Shown here piece after piece: positions 1 to 10,142 of a DNA stretch of 64,000 bases. The notes beneath the pieces are model-generated. The model saw only the letters and a list, made by a program, of their open reading frames with translations, was not told the origin of the DNA and ran no database searches. Numbering within the stretch: position 1 is the stretch's first letter; every line of letters begins with the position of its first letter. Source of the stretch: a virus (taxonomy: Duplodnaviria; Heunggongvirae; Uroviricota; Caudoviricetes). The DNA lies in IMG/VR virus record IMGVR_UViG_3300009515_000001. One strand, given 5' to 3'. Made by a program: the position numbers and the translations under genes.

Positions 1-2
1 TA

Positions 3-160
3 ATATTCCTAGCAGTAGCAATCGGCAGTTTGGGAGTGCTTGGATACTTTGATCCATTGACAGGTTCACCAACTGTAGGAAGCTCTCTAACATACTTTTG
101 GGGCTTTATCATATTTTTGACCTTAGTTGGAGCCTTTTTAGGAAAGAGGTTCTTCTAGAA
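3..160 (+). CDS. C-terminal fragment of a membrane protein running off the window start; ends ...GKRFF
   Basis: Frame-3 open from window edge to TAG at 158-160. Hydrophobic translation IFLAVAIGSLGVLGYF...; C-terminal RFF resembles the other basic F-ended proteins in the window. Confidence 0.3.
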
Positions 161-177
161 ACCTACGGTTATGGACC

Positions 178-420
178 ATGAAATACCAAAATAAACAACT
201 CATAGAAACATCAGTTTTATCAGTTCTATTGATATTTCTAAGCGGATCTTTTTTCATATTAATTACACCATTTTTGTATGAAAATCAGGAACAGTTAGGA
301 TCTTTGTATAATCTTTGGTTACTTTTTCCTATTTTTGTTGTAGGATCAGTATGTGTTTGGGTGATCTTTAGAGTAAGACACGCTGAAAAAATACAAAAAA
401 AGATCAACAAGTATTCTTAA
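178..420 (+). CDS. small membrane protein (2 TM)
   Basis: ORF track; hydrophobic helices, basic C-terminus. Confidence 0.45.
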   Translation: MKYQNKQLIETSVLSVLLIFLSGSFFILITPFLYENQEQLGSLYNLWLLFPIFVVGSVCVWVIFRVRHAEKIQKKINKYS

Positions 421-453
421 ATAATAAACAATTTACGTAATAAATGACAGTAC

Positions 454-1071
454 ATGGGAAAATTTAGCCTCAAAGGCCACTTTCCAATAATGGAATTTAG
501 GTTAATGAGAGGACCAATGGTTCTAATGAAGGTAGGTGATCGACAATTAGAACTACGAAAAGTTACACGCCATCAGGGAAAATACTTTAAAACAATAGAT
601 GGGATCTTTGAGTTAGACGGAGAGTATGCTTACAACTTATCAGGCCAACAACTTTTAATCTATAATTTATTTAATGCAAAACCAATATCAATAACTGGAA
701 TCGAAAGAGTTCAGCAGTTATACCGAGAAAAAAAGGCTTCATTATTAGTAAAAGAACTTGAAAGAATTAATTCAGCAGTAGAAGCTTCAAGTGAAAAACG
801 TTACCAAGATCCAATTCATGCTATGGCAGAACTTTACAAGGGAAAGCCAGACGAGTTAAACAGACAGACACAAAAATATTTGATTGATTCAAGGTTGTTT
901 GACAAAGATGATCTGAAACTACAAAATACAGCGATGATGAACGCAAGAAATGTCAACAAGGGATTATCATTAAAAGTTCCAACAATAATTCCATTATTAT
1001 TAATGTCTGTCATAGGAATTATGACAGTAGTTGTAATGTCACAGTTTAATCCTCTTCGGTGGATCAGTTGA
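454..1071 (+). CDS. hypothetical protein with C-terminal TM anchor; paralog of 1059-1925
   Basis: Shares motif G-I/V-FELD-x-E-x-Y ... Q ... IYN with the next ORF. C-terminal hydrophobic segment. Confidence 0.5.
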   Translation: MGKFSLKGHFPIMEFRLMRGPMVLMKVGDRQLELRKVTRHQGKYFKTIDGIFELDGEYAYNLSGQQLLIYNLFNAKPISITGIERVQQLYREKKASLLVKELERINSAVEASSEKRYQDPIHAMAELYKGKPDELNRQTQKYLIDSRLFDKDDLKLQNTAMMNARNVNKGLSLKVPTIIPLLLMSVIGIMTVVVMSQFNPLRWIS

Positions 1072-1925
1072 GCATATCATTAGTTGTTGATCCAAAAGTT
1101 GATTTTTCTGACTTTGGATTAATATGGTATGGCGGACCACTTGCATTAATTTTAACAGAAAAAAACCATTTCAAGCTAAGAAAAATTGAAAAGATGAGGG
1201 AGTATTTCATAAACGAGTACGGAGTTTTTGAGCTTGATTCTGAAACAGAATACCGTTATGGCAAACAACCAATCTCAATCTATAACAGTCATGGAACACG
1301 AATTCCAAGAAAGATTGTAAATCGTGTCAAAAAACATTACAGACAAGGCAAAAACATGGCAATTCGTAAAGACCTGGAAGAGATCTATCCAGAACTGAAA
1401 GCCTATAACTTCAAAAGCGTATATGAGATTTTTCAGTATTTAGTAAAATCCAGTGGTCATCAGGCAATAGATATTGATACCGAAAAATACCTACCATTTT
1501 ATCGTGCCTACAATCCAATCAGTATAAAAAGGCTAAACGAAGTATGCCAAGTTGGGCGTAAGGCAATAGATTCACTTCACCCATCATTAAAGCCACCATT
1601 TCCTGTGATTGTTGCAATTGTAGGTGGAATTCTTGGCTTGGCATTTATACAAAATGCGCCAAAATATGTGCGAGAGGCCGTTGGTTATTTTGAAAGTTTT
1701 AGTAAACCAGAACCAGTTCCACCACCACCAGCACCGGTTGAAGTGGATGTTGTATCTGTTCCAGCTACTGAAACTATTGCTGAAAATGCAACACAGGGAA
1801 TTCAAACAACAGTTGAAAATGGAGTAGAGATCATTTCAATACCAGAACCAGCAAACTTTCTGCTTAGTTTGTTAAATTACATAGATCCACTGGCGTTTTT
1901 AGGGAGTTTATTTTCTTTTTTATAA
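1059..1925 (+). CDS. hypothetical protein with TM segment; paralog of 454-1071
   Basis: Same FELD...IYN motif as the previous ORF. TM helix VIVAIVGGILGLAFI; PPPPAP linker. Confidence 0.5.
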   Translation: MDQLSISLVVDPKVDFSDFGLIWYGGPLALILTEKNHFKLRKIEKMREYFINEYGVFELDSETEYRYGKQPISIYNSHGTRIPRKIVNRVKKHYRQGKNMAIRKDLEEIYPELKAYNFKSVYEIFQYLVKSSGHQAIDIDTEKYLPFYRAYNPISIKRLNEVCQVGRKAIDSLHPSLKPPFPVIVAIVGGILGLAFIQNAPKYVREAVGYFESFSKPEPVPPPPAPVEVDVVSVPATETIAENATQGIQTTVENGVEIISIPEPANFLLSLLNYIDPLAFLGSLFSFL

Positions 1926-1931
1926 CTGAAA

Positions 1932-2411
1932 GTGAGTACTGGATCTATATTGGATAAAAAAAAGAAGTGGATGGTATTTGATAAATCAGTGATAACTATT
2001 GTTAGTTTTGTAATTGTATTGGGTTTTATTGGAATTGATTCAATTTCAGCATTTGGTCCAAATGATCCTGAATGTTTTGAAGTTCCAGACCAAGAAGATT
2101 GTCCAGATTTTTTTGATCAGCCATTTGATCGTTTATTTGATCCATACAATTCAGTATTCCAAGATTTCACTTATGTTGTAGTATGGGCTATTATCATCGG
2201 GATTCTATGGTTACGTGTAAGCAATACTATGATGGTTGCTGTGATCGGTGTATTGTTAGCTGCGCTATTTACAAGACCTGATCCTGCTACGGGAGCTCTA
2301 ACAGGATTTTCAGAAGAAGCACAAGTAGTAGGTTGGGGCTTGTTAATTTTGGCTGTAATAGTAGCATTATACCAGATATTAACGGTAAGAATCCACTTTC
2401 CGACCAATTGA
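1932..2411 (+). CDS. membrane protein (3-4 TM)
   Basis: ORF track, hydrophobic helices. Confidence 0.5.
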   Translation: MSTGSILDKKKKWMVFDKSVITIVSFVIVLGFIGIDSISAFGPNDPECFEVPDQEDCPDFFDQPFDRLFDPYNSVFQDFTYVVVWAIIIGILWLRVSNTMMVAVIGVLLAALFTRPDPATGALTGFSEEAQVVGWGLLILAVIVALYQILTVRIHFPTN

Positions 2412-2474
2412 CAAGTTTGGTTTAATAATATCAAACATTATTTTTATATAGGATTCATCAAAAACTAACAACCG

Positions 2475-2834
2475 TTGAGTGATCCCAATGGTGAAATTAG
2501 ATCTGTATTAGGTCTGATTACATCTGCAAGTGGAAGAAAACCTGAAAGGTTACTTTATCGGACTTTGGTTGGACCAAAACATCTGGCTGAAGTAGTTCAA
2601 AAAATAGAGCAGATAACTGCTGTCAAGGAAACGCTTCCTGAAAACATGCAAGACGTTGCTGATGAGGCAAAAGAAATTCTGATAAGATCATTAATTTCTA
2701 CAACATCAGTTAAAGGACACATGCTCACAATGTTGACAACCAACAAATCCGAAATCAAAGTCAATGATCCTAGAGTAAGACGTTCTGTAATGGGTGGATT
2801 GTTGAGGGAGCAGGGAGTTGGTGGCGACTATTAG
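2475..2834 (+). CDS. hypothetical protein
   Basis: ORF track; tight tandem arrangement on + strand. Confidence 0.4.
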   Translation: MSDPNGEIRSVLGLITSASGRKPERLLYRTLVGPKHLAEVVQKIEQITAVKETLPENMQDVADEAKEILIRSLISTTSVKGHMLTMLTTNKSEIKVNDPRVRRSVMGGLLREQGVGGDY

Positions 2835-3606
2835 TGAGCTGGACTTGGGAGAAATCTCTAGTCCAAAGGTTTCATTACAAAAACAGGCACAAAACGAAGG
2901 TAAAAACGGTAAAAAAACTAGGTTTAAAAAGAAAAATGGATGTAGATCACTACATCATAGCTGTCATTCACCACATTTAGAAACTGAATTCTGCAAGAAT
3001 TGTGATGCTTATGTTGAATTAATCAATAAAAATCAATGTGATTGCTGTGGAAAAGAGGTGATGAAGTTCCTAAAACATACTTGGTTGAGTAGAGTTTTGA
3101 AATTTGGAATAAGACAGCATAGAAATTTCATAAATGATTGGGTTATGTTCCCTGATCAAGGTATAGAATACAAGAAATTGGACAAGCCATACGCATATTA
3201 TCAAGAAATTATTGATCCAAAAACGCAAAAACCTGTAATAGATTCAAAGACAGGTAAGATAAAAAAAAGAAAGATTGTAGTTGAAGAAGTATATACCAAA
3301 CCACCAAAGCGAAGTCAGATGCTAGAGATCAAATACAGGGATACCGTTTACGAGATTGAAGTAAAATATCTTGCATTGGCATTAGAAACCATTGATGCAA
3401 GTGACGATAAAGCAGGGATACGTGGTGGTGAAGAAGCAAAATTAGAGATAATCAAGAAGCATATTGGTATTAAAGGACTTAGAATATGGATTCCTGATGG
3501 TGAAATAATGGATACCAAGTGCAACAGATGTCAATCATTTCTTAGATATGATAAAAAAGATAACTTTTTCTGCCCTAAATGTGGTAGAATTGATTCTTTT
3601 AAATAA
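2818..3606 (+). CDS. zinc-ribbon protein (two CxxC...CxxC clusters)
   Basis: CKNCDAYVELINKNQCDCCGKE and CNRCQSFLRYDKKDNFFCPKCGRI motifs. Confidence 0.55.
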   Translation: MVATISELDLGEISSPKVSLQKQAQNEGKNGKKTRFKKKNGCRSLHHSCHSPHLETEFCKNCDAYVELINKNQCDCCGKEVMKFLKHTWLSRVLKFGIRQHRNFINDWVMFPDQGIEYKKLDKPYAYYQEIIDPKTQKPVIDSKTGKIKKRKIVVEEVYTKPPKRSQMLEIKYRDTVYEIEVKYLALALETIDASDDKAGIRGGEEAKLEIIKKHIGIKGLRIWIPDGEIMDTKCNRCQSFLRYDKKDNFFCPKCGRIDSFK

Positions 3607-3607
3607 G
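3594..3607 (+). promoter_or_regulatory. TTCTTTTAAATAAG promoter box (archaeal TATA/BRE-like) about 20 nt upstream of ATG 3627; overlaps stop of preceding ORF
   Basis: Exact copy of a motif recurring at least 9 times upstream of start codons in this window. Confidence 0.5.
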
Positions 3608-3626
3608 TAAAGAAGAAAATAAAATT

Positions 3627-3869
3627 ATGTCATTGAATCCTAGCGATCAGCCTAAAAGAAAAAGCAGTGACTTTGATTTTACTAAACAGTTTGATATTTT
3701 CATTAAAGAAGGAAATGTTTTTGGAGTTAGAAAAGAACCCAAAAAAATAAGCACTTTTGTTCCACCAAGCCCTGATGTTGGACTTGATAGATCATTTAAT
3801 GCAGAACAATTATCAATTAAAAACAAAACTAGAAGTGCAAAATTAACAAAGAGGTTCTTTGACTTTTGA
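3627..3869 (+). CDS. small basic protein, FDF motifs, ends RFFDF
   Basis: ORF preceded by promoter box. Member of the basic F-ended protein family. Confidence 0.45.
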   Translation: MSLNPSDQPKRKSSDFDFTKQFDIFIKEGNVFGVRKEPKKISTFVPPSPDVGLDRSFNAEQLSIKNKTRSAKLTKRFFDF

Positions 3870-3938
3870 CTTTTACATCAACAAAAATTTCTTTGGGTAA
3901 AGGAAAAGGAAAGTTTATTCATGTAGATCCAAAGGAGT

Positions 3939-6900
3939 TTGAAAATGGTTCGTAGAATAGCAAAGTCATCAAGATTTTCAAGATCTGTTCCATCAATAAA
4001 ACCAGTTAGAGTTGCACCAGATGTAAAAACAACAAAAAAACCAACAAGAAAAACTACACCTAAAAAAGCAACAGCGCCACCACCAAAACCATCGCCAGTA
4101 ATTTCTTTACCAACAGCACCTGCACAACCTTCAAGAGTTTCAAAGGCAAGTAGGGTTTCTGGGGCTAGAGTTATCATTCCCAGTAGAACTGTAACACCTA
4201 CACCACGACCATCACCAGTGGTTCAAAGACCAACACCAACACCAACAACTACAAAAAAACCATCACCATCAGAACCAAAAGTAGTAGTTCAGCAACCAAC
4301 TACTGTGGTGAAAACATCAATTTCACAAGATGAAAAGGGAAATATTGCAAGCTCACAATCACAAGTTGTTGAAACACCTGCGGCTGTTCAGGAAGTAAAA
4401 CAACAACCATCAGGTGTTCCATTAATACCTGGTGTTCCTGGATTAATAGGTGGTATTCCATTGGCTGCAGGTGCTATACCATTTCAAGAAACAACATCAA
4501 AAAGTCAGGCAGAAGAATCATTATTTGGATTTAAAAAACCTGAAGGTGGCGCGGCTGAATCAAGGGCAGAAGCTTTAGATTTATCAGAAAAAGTTTTGAG
4601 TGAAGAAAGAATTAAAGTTCCCACCGAAGAAGTTGTAGAAGTAATTCCAGGTGGTGAACCAACACAAGAAACTAGAACATTCATTGATCCAAATACAGGA
4701 TTATTAACAACTGAAACAGTGACTACAACACCTGGAGATATTGAAGTAACCACACAGAAAGGTGGGGAGATTGTAAAACAGCAAATTGGACAATCAGAAG
4801 TAAAACCAGACTTTTCAGATCCGCTTGGAAGTTTGGTAAGTGGCGCAAGTCAATCAGCATTAAACGAAGTGATTGGAATTAAAAATTTACCAGCAGCTGT
4901 ATCAGGTGGTGAACAAGAAGAATTATTTGCAACTCCATCAGCAATATTAGGCGAAGGATTATTTTCAGCAGTTGGTAGAGTTGGCGGACAAATATTTGAT
5001 CTAGGGCGACAGGCCGCTGGAAAACCAGAAGCAAAACCTGGTGAACAGGTTACAACATTTGGAATAGCTGGAGATAAAGTTACATTTACACAACAGGAAA
5101 GAGGACCAGATGCTTTCCAAATTCTTGAAGAATCTGGACAAAGAGCAACTAGAATAGCAGTTGCAGATCCATTATTTGCTGTTGGTGACATCGCAGTACA
5201 AGTTCCATTGTTAGTAGTTGCACCAGTTAAAGCGGCTTCAGTTGCAATCAAAGGTGTTGGAGCGGCTGGCAAAGCAATCAAAGGCGTTACAAAAGCTGGG
5301 AAAACACAAAGGTTACTTTCAATAACAGGAGAAAAAGTAACATCACCAAAGCCAAAAACACCACTTTCAAAAACATTTGAACAGGAATTCTTACAAGCTG
5401 AACAAATAAAGAAAGCACAAGCCCCACAAAAAGGACAGATTGAACAATTTGGTTCATTATCAAAGGCAGAACAAGATAAGTTATTACAGTCACAAAGATC
5501 CCAGTTTGAAGAAGCATTAAGTAAAGCACAGCAAAGACAAAAAGTAAAAAGAGATCTTGGACCATCAGAACCAACAGCAGAATTTGCACAAAGACAAAGA
5601 GATGCAAGTGAGTTTGCAAGAATTCCACAAGAAAGAATCAGCCCATCACAAATTGATCCAAATTTACAAAAAGCAATTAAAGAGTTAGAAGGTGGTGGTG
5701 ATCCAGATCTTTTCAAAGTAAGAGAAACAGGAAGATTCACATCAACTCCAATAGAACTTGGAAGAGGAACAGGAATCAGGCTAGGTGATGATCTTGGGGA
5801 TGTTGGAAGAGGTGGTGGTGCAAGACCACCAAAGCCACCAAGTGGCGGTGAACCAAGAGTTTTGGGTGGAGAAGGATCACCGTTTGGTGAATCAGGATTG
5901 CCACTAAGACCAAGTAGTTTTCCAGGTGCTGCAGAAAGAGTTTCAGAAATTGGAAAAGCACAAGGAAGAACAGGATTTACAGGAACATCATTAGATTTAG
6001 GTAGAGCAACAGGAAGGGCTTCTGAAGAAGTAAGTGCAGGACTTGAGGGATTTACATCGGAAATAATAGGATTAGGAACAGGAGTGGCTAAAAAGTCAGC
6101 TAAAGTTACAAAATCACAAATCGATAATTTATCAAAATCAGCAAAAATACCAAAAGACAGGGCAGAAAAAATATTACGAGATGCAGCTGACAAAGGTTCT
6201 GATTCAGCAGAATTTAGAACGGTTACATCACCAGAAGGGTTAAACCTAATTCAAAAACAGGCTACTAAACAAACATCGGCATTAAAACAACTTGAAGAAG
6301 CTAGAAAAGCATTACAAAAGACAAAGAGTACGCAAAAAACAGTTTCAAGTGTAGCAGATCAAAAAACACAAAAAAGGTTATCAGATTTAATTAAAAAGGA
6401 AAAACAAAAGGCAAAAACAGCAGGAAAATCAGTTAGTGCTGAAAAGGCAACACAAAACGCTTTACGAAAATTAATTGCCGCAGAAAAAGCAAAAACAGGA
6501 ACAAAGGCAATATCTTCAACAGAAGATATTCTATTCCAAAAACCTAGAAAACTAAAGGGTGTAACAGATGATGTAAGTGAAATTCAGATACGAAGGCCTG
6601 GTCAAGTTGGAATTCTAGGCGGTATAGCAACTGGTGTAGCGATAGGATCAGCAGTAGGAATTGGTTTAAATCAAGACCAAATCACACAACCAAAAATACT
6701 TGAAAACCCAAATTTATTCAATAAGCAAATTTCAAGACTGGTTAAAGATCCAACAATACAAATAGAAAAAACAGTTCAAAAACCAAAGGTAACAACCGTA
6801 CAGCAACCAATTTCAGATACAATATTTACACAACGACAAGATCAAAGATTTGCAATTTCAACATTATTCCCACAGGAAAAAATAACAAAACAACAGCAAC

Positions 6901-7211
6901 AGCAATCATTTTTCCAACAGCAAAAAGTAACGCAACCGATCCAAGAAATTACTACACAACAACAACAGTTTCTAAGACCTGGCAGATTCCGATTCCCCGA
7001 TGGTGTTGATGATGATAAAGCGGCAGAATCACGATCACAACGCAGATTCTTTAGATTATTTGACATAGCAAAAACACCGTTTGGTAGGGTTGAGGTAGGC
7101 GTAGGCGCACAGATCCAAAGTGAAAGACCGATCTTTGAGTTTGATGAAGAGTTAGAAAAGCGTGGCAGACGTAGAGAAAGAAACTTAGCAGAAGCTTTCT
7201 TCGATGTATAG
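3939..7211 (+). CDS. giant low-complexity protein (1090 aa): basic Pro/Thr-rich N-terminus, Gly/Ala-rich middle, Gln-rich C-terminus, ends AFFDV. Candidate virion or tape-measure-like structural protein
   Basis: 3.27-kb uninterrupted ORF on the dominant strand. Compositional domains read directly from the translation. Confidence 0.75.
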   Translation: MKMVRRIAKSSRFSRSVPSIKPVRVAPDVKTTKKPTRKTTPKKATAPPPKPSPVISLPTAPAQPSRVSKASRVSGARVIIPSRTVTPTPRPSPVVQRPTPTPTTTKKPSPSEPKVVVQQPTTVVKTSISQDEKGNIASSQSQVVETPAAVQEVKQQPSGVPLIPGVPGLIGGIPLAAGAIPFQETTSKSQAEESLFGFKKPEGGAAESRAEALDLSEKVLSEERIKVPTEEVVEVIPGGEPTQETRTFIDPNTGLLTTETVTTTPGDIEVTTQKGGEIVKQQIGQSEVKPDFSDPLGSLVSGASQSALNEVIGIKNLPAAVSGGEQEELFATPSAILGEGLFSAVGRVGGQIFDLGRQAAGKPEAKPGEQVTTFGIAGDKVTFTQQERGPDAFQILEESGQRATRIAVADPLFAVGDIAVQVPLLVVAPVKAASVAIKGVGAAGKAIKGVTKAGKTQRLLSITGEKVTSPKPKTPLSKTFEQEFLQAEQIKKAQAPQKGQIEQFGSLSKAEQDKLLQSQRSQFEEALSKAQQRQKVKRDLGPSEPTAEFAQRQRDASEFARIPQERISPSQIDPNLQKAIKELEGGGDPDLFKVRETGRFTSTPIELGRGTGIRLGDDLGDVGRGGGARPPKPPSGGEPRVLGGEGSPFGESGLPLRPSSFPGAAERVSEIGKAQGRTGFTGTSLDLGRATGRASEEVSAGLEGFTSEIIGLGTGVAKKSAKVTKSQIDNLSKSAKIPKDRAEKILRDAADKGSDSAEFRTVTSPEGLNLIQKQATKQTSALKQLEEARKALQKTKSTQKTVSSVADQKTQKRLSDLIKKEKQKAKTAGKSVSAEKATQNALRKLIAAEKAKTGTKAISSTEDILFQKPRKLKGVTDDVSEIQIRRPGQVGILGGIATGVAIGSAVGIGLNQDQITQPKILENPNLFNKQISRLVKDPTIQIEKTVQKPKVTTVQQPISDTIFTQRQDQRFAISTLFPQEKITKQQQQQSFFQQQKVTQPIQEITTQQQQFLRPGRFRFPDGVDDDKAAESRSQRRFFRLFDIAKTPFGRVEVGVGAQIQSERPIFEFDEELEKRGRRRERNLAEAFFDV

Positions 7212-7267
7212 TTTAATTTTATTAATACCACTATGCTTATAACATCTAACTAACATGAAAAAAGTTA

Positions 7268-7450
7268 ATGGGTAAGTATTTTTGTAAAAAATGTTATGGA
7301 TTAACATTTTCATTAAGATACATGACCAATGGTAGATGGTTAAAACCAAAAGGCAACCCACAATATTGTAAAACATGTAATCTGATCGAACCACAAAAAA
7401 CATGTATCAGTGGATTAAATAAAATTAAAAAATTAAGGGAGGTGAATTAA
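7268..7450 (+). CDS. small zinc-ribbon protein
   Basis: CKKCYG...CKTC motifs. Confidence 0.4.
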   Translation: MGKYFCKKCYGLTFSLRYMTNGRWLKPKGNPQYCKTCNLIEPQKTCISGLNKIKKLREVN

Positions 7451-7677
7451 TGAGAATATATTATGATCTAGTAGTTTGGGAAGAGATAGATCAATACGAA
7501 TTAGAGAAGCTACAAAACCGTTCACAAGAGTTTGCAAAAAGACTAAATGGTTTCGGAATACTTTCATTTAACATGAGGGCGCAACCACCACAACAACAAC
7601 AAGTACAACCAGCCGAACAACCTGTTGAAGAAGTTGAAGAAGAATCACCACAGGAAGAGGAGATAATTGATGAGTGA
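7450..7677 (+). CDS. small acidic protein (Q/E-rich tail)
   Basis: ORF; GGGAGGTGA Shine-Dalgarno 7 nt upstream of ATG. Confidence 0.45.
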   Translation: MRIYYDLVVWEEIDQYELEKLQNRSQEFAKRLNGFGILSFNMRAQPPQQQQVQPAEQPVEEVEEESPQEEEIIDE

Positions 7678-9058
7678 ATTGGTAAACGCATGGGATAACA
7701 AAAGAATTGACGACAAAACAGCGAAAAAACTTCTTAAAGAAAGGGTTCTAGAACTAACCCTTCCACCACATAATCTTAACAGGATACAAATATCCCACAT
7801 GATTAATAGATCAGTCACTACTGTTCATAGAGTACAAAGAGAATTGGTTAAAGATGGTTTACTTCAAACCACTGAAAATGGGTATCTAATACGTGCGGCA
7901 CAGCCAAAACTACTAAAGAGATTCCAAGATATATCAAAAACTGAATTTCTGAATATTCCAAGTGTGAAAAAATGGAAGCAGAAAATGGAGGCAAATGAGG
8001 TCAAAAACATACCATATTTAATATCAAATTTCTGGAAGGTATGCCAAACAATAGACGTTCACCCTGATGCCTTTCTATTGGATATGGAAGAAGTAATTCC
8101 ATTAATTGAAAAATTCAAGCTAATGTTTCGAGATGGAAAAGTATTGTATATGAAAAAAAAACATCTTGATGATCCAATAAAACAATCACAGGCAAACCCA
8201 CAACACTACATTGAAGCTGTTAGAAGTTTCATAAAAGGAAATGGAAAGGAGATACCAAAAGGAGAATTAGAAGTAAAAAGAAAACAAAACAAGCTTTATG
8301 CACAAATAAGAATAAACGATCAAGAAAGAATTCTAGGAATGAAATACATGGCAAAATTCAGTAGTGACCTTAGAGTTTTGTTTACAATTCATAATGAAAT
8401 TGGAGTTAGAGCTGATACATTGTTTAAAATGCGACCAAAGTTTGAAAAATTTACAAGAACCTTTGAAGGAATACCTTGTGAGTGGTATAAAGCATATATC
8501 TTTGAATCAAAACAAGAGAATACAAAAGGTGGTGGCGTTTATGAAAAATATATAATTACACCAAATGCAAGACTGATTGTTTCAAAACTTAAACCAGGAA
8601 AACAAATTCACAGCTACACAAATATTAAAAAAGGAAAAGATGAGTACAACCAAAAGCTAAGAGATTTCTTTGCAAGTATAGGAAAGATAAGTGATGATCC
8701 ATTTGAACAAGCTAAATATGAAAAAGGAACACAGGAATATTATCTAGTTAATGAACCAACACATGCCATGCGACATTCATGCGTTCACTGGTTAATGAGA
8801 ATTACAGGTAATAGAACCGAAGAAGTATCAAGTCTGTTTTGGGAACAGCCACAAACATTAAAGATCTATGCAAAGCAATCATTTGAAGATATGCTGGAAG
8901 ATGACACATGTTCACTATGCAATCCAGATCCAAATGACGAAAGATATAGAAGGTTCTGCACATTAAAACACGCATTGATATTCTATAATACTGATAAAAA
9001 ACAAAGAGAAGATCTTAGAAATATAAAAAATTGGGGGGATAGAAATGAAATTAAATGA
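7667..9058 (+). CDS. tyrosine recombinase / integrase with N-terminal HTH
   Basis: HTH NRSVTTVHRVQRELVKDGLL. C-terminal catalytic signature R...HAMRH...HWL...KIYAK (box II H-x-x-R plus candidate Tyr nucleophile). Confidence 0.65.
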   Translation: MMSELVNAWDNKRIDDKTAKKLLKERVLELTLPPHNLNRIQISHMINRSVTTVHRVQRELVKDGLLQTTENGYLIRAAQPKLLKRFQDISKTEFLNIPSVKKWKQKMEANEVKNIPYLISNFWKVCQTIDVHPDAFLLDMEEVIPLIEKFKLMFRDGKVLYMKKKHLDDPIKQSQANPQHYIEAVRSFIKGNGKEIPKGELEVKRKQNKLYAQIRINDQERILGMKYMAKFSSDLRVLFTIHNEIGVRADTLFKMRPKFEKFTRTFEGIPCEWYKAYIFESKQENTKGGGVYEKYIITPNARLIVSKLKPGKQIHSYTNIKKGKDEYNQKLRDFFASIGKISDDPFEQAKYEKGTQEYYLVNEPTHAMRHSCVHWLMRITGNRTEEVSSLFWEQPQTLKIYAKQSFEDMLEDDTCSLCNPDPNDERYRRFCTLKHALIFYNTDKKQREDLRNIKNWGDRNEIK

Positions 9059-9491
9059 TAGGGAAAAATGGATGTTTATACTAACAGTAATTAAAACATC
9101 ACAGACAGGAAAATCAATGCCATTGAATATGCAGGTAGCAGTATGTGAGTTTCTTCGTGAAAAAATCTGTCCAACAATTAGTTACGAGGGCTGGAAACAA
9201 ATGGAATATGACATCAGGGAATTAAAAGCAGAAGTAATGGACTTGATGTTTAAGGGAATGGAATTAGCAAGTGGAAAAAGAAAGATCTCACCAGAAGCTA
9301 AAGAAATGTTTAGTGAGCTAGAAATGGCAAAATTAGATTCAAGAGTGAAACAAGAAATTAAAAAAATAGACTTTGACAAACTTAAAAAAACCATGAAAAA
9401 GTTACCAGAAGAACAGCAAGAAGAAATAGAACCATTGTTTGAAGCTATAGAGAATTTGACTGGTGAGTATTTCAATGAATCAAAAAGGTGA
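9045..9491 (+). CDS. hypothetical coiled-coil protein
   Basis: ORF track; E/K-rich. Confidence 0.45.
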   Translation: MKLNDREKWMFILTVIKTSQTGKSMPLNMQVAVCEFLREKICPTISYEGWKQMEYDIRELKAEVMDLMFKGMELASGKRKISPEAKEMFSELEMAKLDSRVKQEIKKIDFDKLKKTMKKLPEEQQEEIEPLFEAIENLTGEYFNESKR

Positions 9492-9497
9492 TTTAGT

Positions 9498-9623
9498 ATG
9501 ATGGCTGAACCGCCAAGCGAAACAGAAGGTCCTATATGTAAAAACTGTGGAAAACCAATGAATAGACATACATACTCTCAACAAATAAGATGTCAAAAAG
9601 AGGCAAAGGAAAACGGTTTCTAA
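9498..9623 (+). CDS. 41-aa zinc-ribbon peptide (ICKNCGKP...RCQKE)
   Basis: Read from sequence; below the 60-aa ORF-track cutoff. Confidence 0.3.
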   Translation: MMAEPPSETEGPICKNCGKPMNRHTYSQQIRCQKEAKENGF

Positions 9624-9721
9624 AAAATGGAGCAAAAAATCAATATTAATAGGTGGACTTGCTGGTGGTAATGCTATGATTTGGTTTATTCTTTTAGATT
9701 ATTTCATAAATGGATGATTAA

Positions 9722-9991
9722 ATGACAGAACATGAAGCAATACTAAACCAATTTTATTGGATCGCAGGGATTGGAATCCCATTATGCTTCGCTGGTTTAA
9801 TTGGATATAAAATTTATTTAACAAAACAAGTTAGAAAAAAAGCAACTTTACAGTTAAAAAAACAAAATGGTAAATGCTATCAATGTGGTATAAGATTAAA
9901 CGAATCTGTTGATGCGATTATTTATGGAAATTTTAAGGAAGATCGTCATGCGTATTGTACTAACTGTAAAACAGGAGAGGAAATATCATAA
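9722..9991 (+). CDS. TM helix plus zinc-ribbon protein
   Basis: CYQCG...CTNC motif. Confidence 0.45.
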   Translation: MTEHEAILNQFYWIAGIGIPLCFAGLIGYKIYLTKQVRKKATLQLKKQNGKCYQCGIRLNESVDAIIYGNFKEDRHAYCTNCKTGEEIS

Positions 9992-10142
9992 GAAAGTATA
10001 AAGGTAACATGTTAATTGAAAGAATGAAAAGATCTAATAAAAGAATTCAATGTGATGCACACTGTTGGAGATTTTATTGGGTAAAGTTCAGAACAGATTA
10101 TACAATACAAAGTAGAGAAAGAATGAACGAGAGCAAACTGAA

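Noticed and set aside
1587-1827. ORFs 1587-1805 (-) and 1624-1827 (+) inside gene 1059-1925
   Set aside because: Alternative-frame artefacts of the PPPPAP-encoding region.
4850-6193. 447-aa minus-strand ORF (plus 5287-5628, 5776-5961, 4505-4753) inside the 1090-aa gene
   Set aside because: Low-complexity mirror of the Gly/Ala/Pro-rich + strand ORF. The + strand ORF is 3.3 kb and uninterrupted, and all neighbours are + strand.
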